Source: Thermoanaerobaculia bacterium
Lineage (GTDB): Bacteria > Acidobacteriota > Thermoanaerobaculia > UBA5066
DNA length: 64,000 nucleotides
Assembly: GCA_038245905.1 (NCBI GenBank)
Contig: JBBRRY010000001.1
Coordinates: 192,001-256,000 of the forward strand
Reading direction: 5' to 3'
Below, in pieces: positions 9,910 to 21,084 of this stretch. Below the pieces are notes generated by a model. That model was not told the origin of the DNA, made no database searches, and saw nothing but the letters and a program-made list of their open reading frames with translations. Each line of letters starts with the position of its first letter. Within the stretch, counting starts at the first letter, position 1. The position numbers and the translations under genes were made by a program.

Positions 9910-11666
9910 ACGCCCGGGCGCGCGCGCCGCGCCTCGTGCGGCGTCACCTTCGGCCCCAGCACCCGGACGCGGCGGACCGCCTCTCCCGGGAGCTCGGCCT
10001 GCCCGCACCCGCGGCCCGCATTCTCGCGGCGCGGGGCTTCGGAGACGTCGACGCGGCGCGCACGCATCTTGCGCCCGCTCCCGACGCGCTCCACGATCCG
10101 TTCTCGATGGCGGGCCTGCCTGCCGCCGTCGAGATGCTCGCGGCCACCGCCCGGCGCGGCGGCCGCATCGTCGTCTTCGGCGACTACGACTGCGACGGTG
10201 TGGGCGCGCTCGCGATTCTCACGACGGCGCTCCGGAAGCTGGGTGCCGATGCCCGGCCTTTCATCCCGCACCGGCTTCAGGACGGCTACGGCCTCCGGGC
10301 CCCGACTCTCCGGCGCGCGCTCGAAGAGCACGAGCCGGAGGGGATCGTGACCGTCGACTGCGGCATCACCGCGGTCGAGACCGTGGCGGAGGCCACGAGC
10401 CGCGGTGTCTACGTCATCGTCACGGATCATCACCTGCCTCCCGCGGCGCTGCCCGATGGCGCGGTGCTCGTGGATCCGAAGCTTCCTGGCTGCCGTTATC
10501 CCTTCAAGGAGCTTTGCGGCGCCGGTATCGCGTGGAAGCTGGCCGAGGCGCTCTTCGTCCACTCCGGGGAGCGCGTGGGCGTGGATGCCGCGGGCCGCCG
10601 AAGGTGGATGGCTTCGTTCGCGAAGATCGCGGCGCTCTCGACCGTCGCCGACATGGTGCCTCTCACCGGTGAGAACAGGGTGCTCGTCGCGTGGGGGCTC
10701 GCGGGACTCGCGGACCCGCGTGCTCCCGGCCTCGCGGCTCTCCTCCGGCGTTCGGGCGTTCCCGCCGGCCGTGCGCCCTCCACGCGTGAGGTCGCGTTCC
10801 GCATCGCGCCCCGCCTGAACGCCATGGGTCGCCTCGACCACGCGGCGCGCGCCTTCGAGCTGCTGACGACGGCCGACGCCGCGCGGGCGGAGGTCCTCGC
10901 CGGCGAGATCGAGGCCGCGAACGACGAGCGCCGCGCCGTCCAGGAGCGCGTCGTCGACCTCGTCCTCGCGCGGCTCGCCGTCGGATTCGACGCGGCACGC
11001 GACGCGATCGTCGTCGAAGCGGGGGAGGCCGCGGACGGCTGGCACCGCGGCGTCCTAGGAATCGCCGCGTCCCGTGTTGCGAAGGAGCTGGCGCGGCCCG
11101 TACTGCTCCTCGCCCGCGAGGGAGACGTCGTGTCGGGCAGCGGCCGGAGCTACGGGAAGACACCGCTCTTCGAGCGCCTCGCGCCCGTCGCGCGCCGCTA
11201 CACGAAAGAGTTCGGAGGGCATGCCGCCGCGCTCGGCCTCACCCTGCCGGCGTCGTCCTTCGAGGCCTTTCGCGACGATCTACGCGCCGCGTTCGCGGAA
11301 GCGCGAGACGAAGGGGAATGGGCCGAGGAGCTCTTCGTCGACACCGAAGTCGAGGCCCCCGAGGCGGACGATGCGCTCGCGCGCGCCCTCGAGCGCTTCG
11401 AGCCGCACGGCCAGGAAAATCCGAAGCCGCTTCTCGGATTCCGCGGCCTCGACTGGGACGGTCGCGGCCGCGCCGTCGGCGAGCGTGGCCTTCGCATCGC
11501 GCTCGCGTCCAACGGGCGGCGCCTCGAGGCCGTGGGCTGGACGCTTGCCGACGTCCCGCCCGCCGCCCGCGCCGGACGCGTGGATGTGGCCGCGAACCTC
11601 GCGATCGACTCCTATACGGGCCGCCCCTCGCTCACCGTCGTCGATCTCGCGCCGGCGGCGGCATGA
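9906..11666 (+). CDS. recJ: ssDNA exonuclease RecJ
   Basis: GDYDCDG, DGYG, TVDCG, TDHH, PRLNAMGR, GSGRS, GGHAAA. Confidence 0.95.
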   Translation: MNARARAPRLVRRHLRPQHPDAADRLSRELGLPAPAARILAARGFGDVDAARTHLAPAPDALHDPFSMAGLPAAVEMLAATARRGGRIVVFGDYDCDGVGALAILTTALRKLGADARPFIPHRLQDGYGLRAPTLRRALEEHEPEGIVTVDCGITAVETVAEATSRGVYVIVTDHHLPPAALPDGAVLVDPKLPGCRYPFKELCGAGIAWKLAEALFVHSGERVGVDAAGRRRWMASFAKIAALSTVADMVPLTGENRVLVAWGLAGLADPRAPGLAALLRRSGVPAGRAPSTREVAFRIAPRLNAMGRLDHAARAFELLTTADAARAEVLAGEIEAANDERRAVQERVVDLVLARLAVGFDAARDAIVVEAGEAADGWHRGVLGIAASRVAKELARPVLLLAREGDVVSGSGRSYGKTPLFERLAPVARRYTKEFGGHAAALGLTLPASSFEAFRDDLRAAFAEARDEGEWAEELFVDTEVEAPEADDALARALERFEPHGQENPKPLLGFRGLDWDGRGRAVGERGLRIALASNGRRLEAVGWTLADVPPAARAGRVDVAANLAIDSYTGRPSLTVVDLAPAAA

Positions 11667-13705
11667 CGCGCTTCCGGCGAATCGCCCGGCCGGCGGTCCT
11701 CGCTCTCGGGGCCAGCTTCGCGCTCCTCGTCGTCTTCTCCTACCGCAAGCCCGGAGCGCGGACAGAAGGCGCCCGAGATCCGGTCGCCGAAACGCTGCTG
11801 AAGGAAGCCGGCGGGAAACGCGACACGATGCGCTTTCGGGACTTTCAGTACGACGAAACGCGGGAATCCGAAGGCCGGTATCGCCTGCGCGCCACGGAGG
11901 CCGTCAAGTTCGAGGAAAAGGGGGAGAAGCTCTTCCGCCTCAAGGACGTCGTCTTCGAGTCACGGGAGGGTGCGCGCGAACCGGTGATCTCGGTGCGCGC
12001 GCCGCGCGCAGAGATGATCGAAGGCTCGAAGGCCTTCCGGATTTTCGACGGCGTGAGGATCGAGGGCGAGGAGACGAGCCTCTCGGCCGCCTCGTTTCGC
12101 TACGACCCGTTGTTCCGCGTCCTCGCGTCGGAAGGTCCGGTCGCGGCGCTCCGGGGCGCGCTCGTAGCCCACGCCGCCTCCGGGAAACTCGGCGTCGGCG
12201 ACGGAAATCTCGTGCTCGACGGCGACGCGCACCTCAGCGGGCGCGCCGAGGGTGGGCGCGCCATGGATCTGGCCGCGCCGCACGTCGTCATCTCCCGCGA
12301 CGGAAAGCTCGAGGCCACGGGCGGCGCCACCCTGAAGACGGACCGAATGATCCTTCGCAGCAAAAGCATCTCCCGGCTCGCCGAGCCCGAGGGAAGCCGC
12401 CTCAGGGCGACCACGGATGCCTTCCTGCTCGTGCTGCCGGACGGAGACCAGCCGCCCGCCGCGCTCACGGCGCAGGGCGATGAGCTCGAGCTGCGCCTCG
12501 ACGCGTCCGGACAGCCAGCCGCCCTCGAAGCGAATGGGGGCGCTCCGGGCCTCGCCCGCCTCGACCTCGGTCCCGCCGGGTCTTCCGGGGCTTCCGGCAC
12601 CTCCGGAGCTCGCCGCGCGCGTGCCCCGCACTTCTCGGGGCGGTTCGAAAACGGGCGCTTCCGCGAACTCACCGTGCCCGATCGGCTGGACGCCGCCGAA
12701 TCCGGACGAACCGGCGGCCCCGTTGGCTCGGGGCTTCGCACGCTCACCGCCGGCTTCGCCCGGGTTCTCTTCCTGCCGGACGGACGCTCGATCGAGACGG
12801 CCGTTTTCGAGAACGGAGTCGAGCTGACAGACGGAAAGAGGGCAACCCTGAAGGCCCCGCACGGCACGCTGCGCGGGTGGGACGACACCGCCGTCTTCTC
12901 GGGCGAGCCCGACGTCCCGGCGCGCTACCGCGACGAGCGCGGCACGATCGCGGCCCGATCACTCTCTTGGAATGCGCGGGAGGAGCGCCTCGACGCCGCC
13001 GGAACGGTGAAAGCCTCGTACGCGCCCGGAGCCGGGCCTGGGCGGGGCGGCTTTCTCGGCGGAGACGGCAAGAGCCCGTTTTTCTCCGAGTCCGACACGT
13101 TGAAGCTCGAGTCCCGAACGTCGAAGCTCGTTCTCACGGGCTCGGTCCGTGCCTGGCAGAACGAGAACGTCATCCGGTGCGGCACGCTCGAGCTCGACGA
13201 CTCCCTGAAAACCATGCGGGCCGAGCAGAAGGTCCAGGCGTTCTTCCGGCGCGAGACGACTCCCGCAAAGGGAATGCGGTTGCCGCCTAGCAGTCGTCCG
13301 AGCGAAACCATCAACGCCGCGGGAGACGTCCTCGTCCATCGGGAAGAGGAGCGCTTCGTTCGCCTCGAGGGCCATGCGACGATGACGTCCGGGATCTTCA
13401 CGATGACCTCCGACGTGACGGACATTCGCCTCGCCCAGGACCGGACCGTCGAGTACACGGAGGCGCGAGGCACCGTCGTCGTCGAAGATCGCGCCCAGCA
13501 CCGCCGGGGCGAGGGCACGAAGGCAATCTGGCGCCCCGAGACCGAGGCGGTCACTCTAGAGGGCGCGCCCGCGACCGCACTCGACGGGAAGGGCAACCGC
13601 TCGACCGGTGCGATCCTCACGTTTCGGCAGAAGAGCTCTCAAGTAGACGTGGAGACGGGCGGGACCGTGCGAACCGAGACGATCCTCAAGCCGGAGGGTT
13701 CGTGA
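11663..13705 (+). CDS. Long LptC/LptA (OstA)-like beta-jellyroll LPS transport protein
   Basis: N-terminal TM anchor then about 650 aa of repeated beta-strand pattern (xGxVxA); directly upstream of lptB. Confidence 0.7.
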   Translation: MTRFRRIARPAVLALGASFALLVVFSYRKPGARTEGARDPVAETLLKEAGGKRDTMRFRDFQYDETRESEGRYRLRATEAVKFEEKGEKLFRLKDVVFESREGAREPVISVRAPRAEMIEGSKAFRIFDGVRIEGEETSLSAASFRYDPLFRVLASEGPVAALRGALVAHAASGKLGVGDGNLVLDGDAHLSGRAEGGRAMDLAAPHVVISRDGKLEATGGATLKTDRMILRSKSISRLAEPEGSRLRATTDAFLLVLPDGDQPPAALTAQGDELELRLDASGQPAALEANGGAPGLARLDLGPAGSSGASGTSGARRARAPHFSGRFENGRFRELTVPDRLDAAESGRTGGPVGSGLRTLTAGFARVLFLPDGRSIETAVFENGVELTDGKRATLKAPHGTLRGWDDTAVFSGEPDVPARYRDERGTIAARSLSWNAREERLDAAGTVKASYAPGAGPGRGGFLGGDGKSPFFSESDTLKLESRTSKLVLTGSVRAWQNENVIRCGTLELDDSLKTMRAEQKVQAFFRRETTPAKGMRLPPSSRPSETINAAGDVLVHREEERFVRLEGHATMTSGIFTMTSDVTDIRLAQDRTVEYTEARGTVVVEDRAQHRRGEGTKAIWRPETEAVTLEGAPATALDGKGNRSTGAILTFRQKSSQVDVETGGTVRTETILKPEGS

Positions 13706-14439
13706 GCAGTTCCAAGCCGGTCCTGGAGGCCCGCGACCTCGTGAAGGCCTACGGCGGCCGCACGGTGGTCGACGGGGTGTCGGTCCTCGTCTCCGGGGGA
13801 GAGGTCGTGGGACTTCTGGGCCCGAACGGAGCGGGGAAGACGACGACATTCTCGATCGTCGTCGGGCTCGTGGCGCCCGACGCCGGCTCGGTGCTTCTGG
13901 ACGGGGAGGACATCACGACGCTCCCGATGTACCGCCGCGCGCGGCGGGGCCTCGGGTACCTGCCGCAGGAGGCGTCCATCTTCCGGAAGATGACCGCCAT
14001 CGAGAATCTTCTCGCGATTCTCGAGACGCTTCCGGGGAATCGGGCGGCGCGCGAAGCGGCCGCACACGGCCTCCTCGACCGTTTCAAGCTCTCGCACCTC
14101 GCCCACGCCGTCGCGGACACGCTCTCGGGAGGCGAACGGCGCCGTCTCGAGATTGCCCGCGCCATCACGCTGTCACCCCGGTTCATCCTGCTCGACGAGC
14201 CGTTCGCGGGGATCGACCCGATTACCGTGCTCAACCTCCAACAGGTGATCCGGGATCTCTCGGCGGCGGGAATCGGCGTCCTCATCACGGACCACAACGT
14301 GCGCGACACGCTCGCGATCGTGGACCGCGGTTACATCATCCACGCGGGCGCTATTTTCAGAGCGGGATCACCCGCCGAGCTCTCCGGCGATCCCGAGGTG
14401 CGCCGCGTCTATCTCGGCGAGCGATTCCGTCTCGACTGA
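13702..14439 (+). CDS. lptB: LPS export ABC ATPase
   Basis: [44 protein letters not shown]. Confidence 0.96.
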   Translation: MSSSKPVLEARDLVKAYGGRTVVDGVSVLVSGGEVVGLLGPNGAGKTTTFSIVVGLVAPDAGSVLLDGEDITTLPMYRRARRGLGYLPQEASIFRKMTAIENLLAILETLPGNRAAREAAAHGLLDRFKLSHLAHAVADTLSGGERRRLEIARAITLSPRFILLDEPFAGIDPITVLNLQQVIRDLSAAGIGVLITDHNVRDTLAIVDRGYIIHAGAIFRAGSPAELSGDPEVRRVYLGERFRLD

Positions 14440-14502
14440 ATCCGGGGCTTGCGGCGGTAGAATCGGCGCGGCCTCCGCCTGAGCGGGGCTTCGGACAACA
14501 CA

Positions 14503-16143
14503 TTGGGACTCGAACAGAAACTCTCGCTGAGGCTCTCCCAGCGGCTCGTCATGACGCCGACGCTGCAGCAGGCCATCAAGCTGCTCCAGATGACGCGCCT
14601 CGAGCTGCAGGACGTCGTGAACCAGGAGCTCGTCTCGAACCCGGTGCTCGAGGAACAGGATCCTGAGAGCGCGGCAACGCCCGACGAGGACTCGGGTGCC
14701 GCCGAGACGCGCGAGCGCGAGCTCGCCGAAACGCCGGGGACCGGAGCCGAAGGTGCCGGCGCCCTTTCCGACGATGCAGAAGGGGGCTCGGAGCCCGCCG
14801 CCACCATGGCCGACGCGCCCGCCCCCGAACCGGTCGTCGACGCGCCACCGTCCGAAACCATGGAAGACGCCCTCGGCGACATCGACCTCGAGGCCTACTT
14901 CGGCGACTACATGGACGGTACGGCGACGGCTCCACGGATGAGCGAGCAAGCCGAGGAGTTCTCGCTGGAAAACCGGGCCGACGCGCCACCCGGCCTCGAG
15001 CCACACCTCACGGAGCAGCTCGGGGTCTCGGATGCCCCTCCGGGCCTCCGTGAGGCCTGCGGGTTCATGATCGGAAACGTCGATCCGGACGGCTGCCTAC
15101 GGCTGACGCTCGACGAGGTTTGTGCGGCCATGCCGTGTTCGATCGAAACGGCGGAGAAGGCGCTTGCACTCCTTCAATCGTTCGACCCGTGCGGGGTCGG
15201 CGGGCGCAACCTCGCCGAGATCCTCCTCCTCCAGGCGAGGGCCGCGAACATCGCGACCCCGCTTCTCGTCGAGCTCGTGACCCACCGCTTCGCGGAGCTG
15301 GGCTCGAAGCCTGCCGCCCTGCTTGCGCGCCAGATGAACGTGCCGCTCGAAGACATCCAGCAGGCGCTCGAGTGGATCCGGAGACTCGACCCGAAGCCCG
15401 GGCGCGCCTATGACTCGTCCCGGACGATCTACGTGGAACCCGACGTGGCCGTCGTGAAGGTCGAAGAGGAATACGTCGTCCTGTTCAACGACGACGGCCT
15501 GCCGCGCCTTCGCGTGTCGGCGCTCTATCGCCGAATGCTCCTCGCCCGGGATGGCGCCCTCGACGGGGAGGGCAAGAGCTACCTGAGGGAGAAAATGCGC
15601 GCCGCTCAGTGGCTGCTGAAGAGCCTCGACCAGAGAAAGCGCACCATCGTTCGTGTCGCCGAGTCGATCGTCAAGAAACAGCACGACTTCTTCGACTACG
15701 GGGTGGCGCAACTGAGGCCCCTCGTCCTTCGCGACGTCGCCGAGGACATCGGCATGCACGAATCCACCGTCTCGCGGGTCGTCTCGAACAAGTGGATGGC
15801 GACCCCACGCGGCCTCGTTCCGATGAAGTTCTTCTTCCATTCGGCGATCGCGTCGTCGGTGGGGGAGGACGTCTCCTCGCTCGCCGTGAAAGGCAAGATC
15901 CGCAGTCTCGTCGAGGCGGAGGACCCCGCGCATCCCGTCTCGGACGCCCGCCTCGCCGAATTGCTTCTTCGCGACGGGATTCGCATCGCGCGCCGAACCG
16001 TCGCGAAGTATCGCGAGGAGCTCCGCATTCCGGCTAGCTCGATTCGCCGCGTCGGAGAGACCGTTGCCGGGGCCGGCCCCGGCGAGGCGGAACCCGAGCA
16101 GATCGGCGAGACGGATCCGGCCGTTCCCAAGGAGGAAGCATGA
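14503..16143 (+). CDS. rpoN: RNA polymerase sigma-54
   Basis: TPTLQQAIKLLQ; HESTVSR; RpoN box ARRTVAKYRE; TTG start. Confidence 0.97.
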   Translation: MGLEQKLSLRLSQRLVMTPTLQQAIKLLQMTRLELQDVVNQELVSNPVLEEQDPESAATPDEDSGAAETRERELAETPGTGAEGAGALSDDAEGGSEPAATMADAPAPEPVVDAPPSETMEDALGDIDLEAYFGDYMDGTATAPRMSEQAEEFSLENRADAPPGLEPHLTEQLGVSDAPPGLREACGFMIGNVDPDGCLRLTLDEVCAAMPCSIETAEKALALLQSFDPCGVGGRNLAEILLLQARAANIATPLLVELVTHRFAELGSKPAALLARQMNVPLEDIQQALEWIRRLDPKPGRAYDSSRTIYVEPDVAVVKVEEEYVVLFNDDGLPRLRVSALYRRMLLARDGALDGEGKSYLREKMRAAQWLLKSLDQRKRTIVRVAESIVKKQHDFFDYGVAQLRPLVLRDVAEDIGMHESTVSRVVSNKWMATPRGLVPMKFFFHSAIASSVGEDVSSLAVKGKIRSLVEAEDPAHPVSDARLAELLLRDGIRIARRTVAKYREELRIPASSIRRVGETVAGAGPGEAEPEQIGETDPAVPKEEA

Positions 16144-16676
16144 AGGTCACCTTCACCGCCCGGCACGTTCGGCTCCATCCGCGGCTGCGCAGCATCGTCG
16201 AGACGAAGCTCGCGAAGCTCGGGCGCACTCTTCCCGGTGACGCGGAGGCGCATGTCGTCGTGACGGCGGGAAAGAAGGACCTGGAAGTCGAGGTCTCGGT
16301 GGCCGGCCGCCACGGCACGCTCACCGCCGTGGCGCGCGCGGGCGACCAGACAACCGCGGCGCAGGAAGTCATGGACCGGGTTTTCGCGCAAGCGGTCAAG
16401 GCGAAGACGAAGGCGACGGGCGTCAAGAAGCGCGCGGCCTCACCGGTCCGGAACCCCCGGACCTGGCCGGCCGAACCGCCGGCCGAGCCGGCGCGGCACG
16501 TCGGGCCCAGGCGCGAAAGCCAGTCGCCGCGTGCGATGTTCGAGGAGGACGCCCTCACAGCGTTCGCCGCCTCACGGCGGGAGGTCTTCGTCTTCCGCGA
16601 TCCGGCCTCCCACCACGCTCTGCGCTTCTTGTACCGGCGTAAAGACGGGACGCTCGGCCTCGTCGTCCCCGAGTAG
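16140..16676 (+). CDS. hpf: Ribosome hibernation factor (long HPF/RaiA-like)
   Basis: Follows rpoN; C-terminal FVF..LYRRKDG.LGLV motif. Confidence 0.75.
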   Translation: MKVTFTARHVRLHPRLRSIVETKLAKLGRTLPGDAEAHVVVTAGKKDLEVEVSVAGRHGTLTAVARAGDQTTAAQEVMDRVFAQAVKAKTKATGVKKRAASPVRNPRTWPAEPPAEPARHVGPRRESQSPRAMFEEDALTAFAASRREVFVFRDPASHHALRFLYRRKDGTLGLVVPE

Positions 16677-16681
16677 ACGCG

Positions 16682-17704
16682 ATGCGAGATCCGGCCGAAA
16701 CGAAGCCTCTGGTGCGCGCCGGCGACCTGCGCTCTCCCGCCCTCGCCTCGCTCGGCCTCGAGCTCGTCGTCGGGCACAAAGGGCTCGAGCGGCCCGTCGA
16801 CTGGCCACGCGTGCAGAAGCCCGGCCTCGCCATCGCGGGCTTCATGGACTACGTGAAGCCGAATCGCGTCCAGATCCTCGGAAAGAGCGAGTTCGACTTC
16901 CTGAGGACGCTGTCTCCGAGCGTGGCCAAGGAACGCCTCGACGCCTTCACCCAGCTGCCTCTGGCCTGCGTCGTCGTCACGAAGGGAATCGAACCAGGCT
17001 CGGTGCTGACGAACATGTGCCGCCGACGAGGCATCCCGCTCTTCACGACCTCGCGTATGACGAGCGTCGTCATCGAGGGGCTCACCGCGTTTCTCGAGGA
17101 ATCGCTCGCACCGCGCGCGACCCTTCACGGCGTCCTCCTCGAGGTCGGCGGCCTCGGCACCCTCCTGCTCGGCGATTCCGGCGTCGGAAAGAGCGAATGC
17201 GCTCTCTCCCTCGTCCAGCGCGGGCACCGGCTCGTCGCGGACGACCTCGTCGTCGTGCAGCGCTTTCCGAACGACGTCCTCATCGGGTCCTCGTCCGGAC
17301 TCATTCGACATCATATGGAGCTGCGCGGCCTCGGAATCGTGAACGTCCCGATGCTCTTCGGGGTCGCCGCCGTCCTCGAACGTCACACGGTCGAGTTCGT
17401 CATCCAGCTGACCGACTGGGACGCGCAGCAGACGGTCGACCGCCTTGGGCTCGACGAGGAATTCGAAGACATCCTCGGTGTTGCCGTGCCGCGCGTGCGG
17501 ATGCCGGTTGCGACCGGCCGCGACGTCGCCCTGCTCGTCGAGATCGCCGCGCGCAACCAGCTCCTGAAGAGGCGCGGATTCAACGCGGCGCGCGAGATCG
17601 CGGCGAAGGTCCATGACGAGATCGCCCGGAAGGCGGCACTCGATCGATTCACGATCGGGCGGCGGGCCCGACGCAAGCTCAACGCCCGCGAGAGGGCGCG
17701 GTGA
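16682..17704 (+). CDS. hprK: HPr kinase/phosphorylase
   Basis: HGV, GDSGVGKSE, LVADD, MELRGLGI. Confidence 0.95.
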   Translation: MRDPAETKPLVRAGDLRSPALASLGLELVVGHKGLERPVDWPRVQKPGLAIAGFMDYVKPNRVQILGKSEFDFLRTLSPSVAKERLDAFTQLPLACVVVTKGIEPGSVLTNMCRRRGIPLFTTSRMTSVVIEGLTAFLEESLAPRATLHGVLLEVGGLGTLLLGDSGVGKSECALSLVQRGHRLVADDLVVVQRFPNDVLIGSSSGLIRHHMELRGLGIVNVPMLFGVAAVLERHTVEFVIQLTDWDAQQTVDRLGLDEEFEDILGVAVPRVRMPVATGRDVALLVEIAARNQLLKRRGFNAAREIAAKVHDEIARKAALDRFTIGRRARRKLNARERAR

Positions 17705-18570
17705 CGGGGGACGGCACGCGCCTCGTCGTCGCCACAGGACTGTCCGGCTCCGGAAAGTCCTATGTCGCCCACGCGCTCGAGGACATCGGCTTCACGACGG
17801 TCGACAACCTGCCTCTCTCCCTCCTTGAGGAGTTCGCCGGCGAGGTGGCCGCGGGCCGGATGCCGCGCCGGAGGAACGCCGTCGTGCTCGACGTCCGCAA
17901 TCCCGACTTCGCCGAGCACTTTCCGGGTCTTCTCGACAAGCTTCGCCAGCGGCTTCCCATTACGGTCGTCTTCCTCGATTGCGAAGACCGGGAGCTCCTG
18001 AACAGGTTTTCGGCGACACGGAGGCCGCATCCGCTCGCGGACGGGCGTTCTCTCGGCGAGGCTGTCGCGTTCGAGAGGCGGCTCCTGGCCGAGGTGAAGG
18101 AGAAGGCCGATCTCGTGATCGACACGACGGCGATGACGGTCCACGAGCTGCGGGCCGCCGTCGCGCAGAGCTTCCGGGAGCCGGGAGACCCGGGCGTCCT
18201 CGCGGTCTCGCTGATCTCTTTCGGGTTCAAGCACGGGCATCCTTCCGCGCTCGACCTCTGCTTCGATGTCAGGTTTCTCGCGAATCCGCACTTTGACGCG
18301 CGCCTCAGGGCCCGGACGGGACGCGATCCTGAGGTGGCGCGGTTCATCGAGGCTGGGGACCAGACCGAGCCTTTCTATACCCGCCTGAGGGATTTCCTCG
18401 CATTCTGTCTTCCGAACTACCGGCGCGAGAACCGCGCGTACCTCACGATCGGCATCGGATGCACGGGAGGCCGGCACCGGTCCGTGTACGTCGCCGAGCG
18501 CCTCGCGCGCGACTTCGCGACCATGGGCTATCCGGTGCGCGTCTCGCACCGGGACGAGGCGCTCGACTGA
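17701..18570 (+). CDS. rapZ: RNase adaptor RapZ/YvcJ
   Basis: TGLSGSGKS, VDNLP, TRRPHP, SFGFKHG, FDVRFL, GCTGGRHRS. Confidence 0.95.
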   Translation: MTGDGTRLVVATGLSGSGKSYVAHALEDIGFTTVDNLPLSLLEEFAGEVAAGRMPRRRNAVVLDVRNPDFAEHFPGLLDKLRQRLPITVVFLDCEDRELLNRFSATRRPHPLADGRSLGEAVAFERRLLAEVKEKADLVIDTTAMTVHELRAAVAQSFREPGDPGVLAVSLISFGFKHGHPSALDLCFDVRFLANPHFDARLRARTGRDPEVARFIEAGDQTEPFYTRLRDFLAFCLPNYRRENRAYLTIGIGCTGGRHRSVYVAERLARDFATMGYPVRVSHRDEALD

Positions 18571-18572
18571 AT

Positions 18573-19019
18573 ATGACGACGTCCACCGGTCCCTTCGTGG
18601 GTCTCCTCCTCTTGTCGCACGGGCCTCTCGCGAACGCGATGCGCGAGACCGTCCATATGCTCGAGCCCGACGAGCCCGATGACCTCGGCGCCCTGTCGCT
18701 CGCGTGGGACGAGTCTCCCGAGGCCGCGAGCCGACGGCTCGAGAGGGCGATTTCCGAGGTGAACCGCGGGAAGGGCGTTGTGCTCCTGACCGACATGTTC
18801 GGGGGCACTCCGTCGAACCTCGCGCTCGCGTTCCTCGAGCCGGGGACGATCGAGATCGTTTCGGGCATCAACCTTCCGATGGTCGTGAAGGCGCGCTCCC
18901 TCGCGCGAGAGGGCAGGAGCCCTCGCGCCATCGCCCACACGCTCGTGGAGCGAGGGCGCCGGGCGATCGTGGCGGCGGCCGAGCTCGTCGACGGCCCTCC
19001 GGGGAGCCCTCGGCGATGA
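18573..19019 (+). CDS. PTS EIIA, mannose/fructose family
   Basis: LSHG, TDMFGGTPSN, GINLPM. Confidence 0.92.
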   Translation: MTTSTGPFVGLLLLSHGPLANAMRETVHMLEPDEPDDLGALSLAWDESPEAASRRLERAISEVNRGKGVVLLTDMFGGTPSNLALAFLEPGTIEIVSGINLPMVVKARSLAREGRSPRAIAHTLVERGRRAIVAAAELVDGPPGSPRR

Positions 19020-19285
19020 AGGAGCAGACCCTCACGCTCAAGAACCGTCTCGGCCTGCACGCGCGCGCCGCCGCGAAGCTCGTGCACACGGCATCCTCGT
19101 TCGACGCGAAGATCACGCTTGCGCGCGACGGCGACGAAGTGGACGGCAAGAGCATCCTGGGCCTCCTGCTGCTGGCGGCGGGGAAGGGCACGCCGCTCGT
19201 CGTGCGCGCCGAGGGGAGCGACGAAGAGCAAGCGCTCGCCGCCCTCCAAGACCTCGTGGATCGCAAGTTCGACGAGGCCGACTGA
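19016..19285 (+). CDS. ptsH: Phosphocarrier HPr
   Basis: GLHARAA (His15), DGKSILG (Ser46). Confidence 0.93.
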   Translation: MKEQTLTLKNRLGLHARAAAKLVHTASSFDAKITLARDGDEVDGKSILGLLLLAAGKGTPLVVRAEGSDEEQALAALQDLVDRKFDEAD

Positions 19286-19305
19286 GCCGCGGTTAAGATA
19301 TCCGG

Positions 19306-21084
19306 GTGAAGCGCCCCCTTTCGCTCACCGGCATTCCCGTTTCCCCCGGCGTCGCCGTCGGCCGGGCGGTCCTGTGGGTCTCGCGGGAAGGCTCCTCGCC
19401 GAAGCGAACGCTCGAGCCCGAGGAGATCGAATCCGAGATCGAGCGGTTCCGCCGGGCCTCGGAAGCCGCGGCCGAAGAGATCGAGTCGACGGCCCGCCAC
19501 GTGAAAGAGCGTCTCGGCTCGGAATACGCGGGAATCTTCCACGCGCACGCCCTTTTTCTGAAAGACCGGACTTTTCTCGGCCCGATCGAGCGGCGAATCG
19601 CGCATGAAAAGGTCAACGCCGAGTGGGCCGTTTCGGAGACAAGCGCCGACCTCATGGCGCGTTTCCGGAGCCTGCCGGACGAGGACTTCGCGAACCGTGC
19701 CGTCGACATCGACGATGTCGCTCGCGCGCTGAAAAGGCACCTCGGGGGCGATGAGAATTCGCGCCTTCGGATGGAGGACCTCGTGGGCGAGGCGATCGTC
19801 CTCGTGGCGGACGAGCTCACGCCCTCCGACGCCGTGCGCATTCCTCGCGACCGGGTCGTGGGGTTCGTGACCGAGCGGGGCGGGCGCACGTCCCATGCGG
19901 CGATCCTCGCGCGCTCCTTCGGCATTCCCGCCGTGGTCGGGATCCCGCAACTCCTCGCCGAGGTCGGAGAGGGCGATCGGGTCGTGGTGGACGGCCGCGA
20001 CGGAATCATGTGGCGGGAGCCGTCCGAGGACGTCATCGCATTCTTCCGGGAACGGCGCGATCAGGAAGCGCGCCACGAGCGGTCGCTCAAGGAGCGCAGC
20101 CACGGCGGAGTCACCCGCACGCGCGACGGCGCCGAAGTGATCGTGCGAGCGAACATCGAGCTCGCGAGCGAAATCGGCGACGTCCTGGAATACGGCGCGG
20201 ACGGTGTCGGTCTGTTCCGGTCGGAGTTCCTGTATCTCTCGAAGGAGGGGATTGAGTTCCCGTCAGAGGAGGAGCAGGCGGCCGCCTACCGCGAGGTCAT
20301 CCAGCGGCTCGCGCCGCGCCCGGTCGTGATCCGCACGTACGACCTCGGCGGGAAGAAGGGGGCCCGTCACCTGATCGGCTCCGACGAGTCGAACCCCGTC
20401 CTGGGTCTTCGGGGCGTGAGGCTCTGCTTCGCCCGGCCGGAGATGTTTTCGACGCAGCTGCGCGCGCTGCTCGCCGCCGCAGCGGGGGGCAACCTCCGCA
20501 TCCTCGTCCCGATGGTCTCGGGAGTCGAAGAGATCCGACGGGTGCGGATTCTCCTCAAGAAAGCGCGCGAAGACGTCCTCGAGCGGGGAATGCCGGTGCC
20601 TGACGACATCCCTCTCGGCGCCATGATTGAAGTTCCATCGGCGGCAATGACCGCGGACTTGCTCGCGCCCGAGGTCGATTTTCTCGCTCTCGGGACGAAC
20701 GACCTCATCCAGTACACCCTCGCCGTCGATCGCGCGAACGAAACCGTCGCGGATCTCTTCCGGCCGACACACCCAGCGGTGCTTCGCCTCGTCGCGCGCG
20801 TCGCCGAAGCCGCCCGCAACGCGAAAAAGCCCCTCTCCGTATGCGGCGAGATGGCCGCGGACCCCGCTCTCGTCGTCTTGTTCCTCGGGCTCGGAATCCG
20901 GGAGTTCTCGATGGGGCCGCGCACGGTCCCCGTGGTGAAGGAGTTCCTGCGCGGCATCTCGATCCTGGAGGCCGAGCGTGTCGCGCGTGCAGCGTTCTCG
21001 CTCTCCACCGCCGACGAGGTCTCGTCGTTCCTCGCGCAGGAGCTGCGCGATCTCGCGAGAAACGGCGCCGAGGTGCGCGCATGA
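19306..21084 (+). CDS. ptsI: PTS enzyme I (no GAF domain)
   Basis: GGRTSHAAI, GVGLFRSEF, GTNDLIQY, VCGEMA. Confidence 0.93.
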   Translation: MKRPLSLTGIPVSPGVAVGRAVLWVSREGSSPKRTLEPEEIESEIERFRRASEAAAEEIESTARHVKERLGSEYAGIFHAHALFLKDRTFLGPIERRIAHEKVNAEWAVSETSADLMARFRSLPDEDFANRAVDIDDVARALKRHLGGDENSRLRMEDLVGEAIVLVADELTPSDAVRIPRDRVVGFVTERGGRTSHAAILARSFGIPAVVGIPQLLAEVGEGDRVVVDGRDGIMWREPSEDVIAFFRERRDQEARHERSLKERSHGGVTRTRDGAEVIVRANIELASEIGDVLEYGADGVGLFRSEFLYLSKEGIEFPSEEEQAAAYREVIQRLAPRPVVIRTYDLGGKKGARHLIGSDESNPVLGLRGVRLCFARPEMFSTQLRALLAAAAGGNLRILVPMVSGVEEIRRVRILLKKAREDVLERGMPVPDDIPLGAMIEVPSAAMTADLLAPEVDFLALGTNDLIQYTLAVDRANETVADLFRPTHPAVLRLVARVAEAARNAKKPLSVCGEMAADPALVVLFLGLGIREFSMGPRTVPVVKEFLRGISILEAERVARAAFSLSTADEVSSFLAQELRDLARNGAEVRA

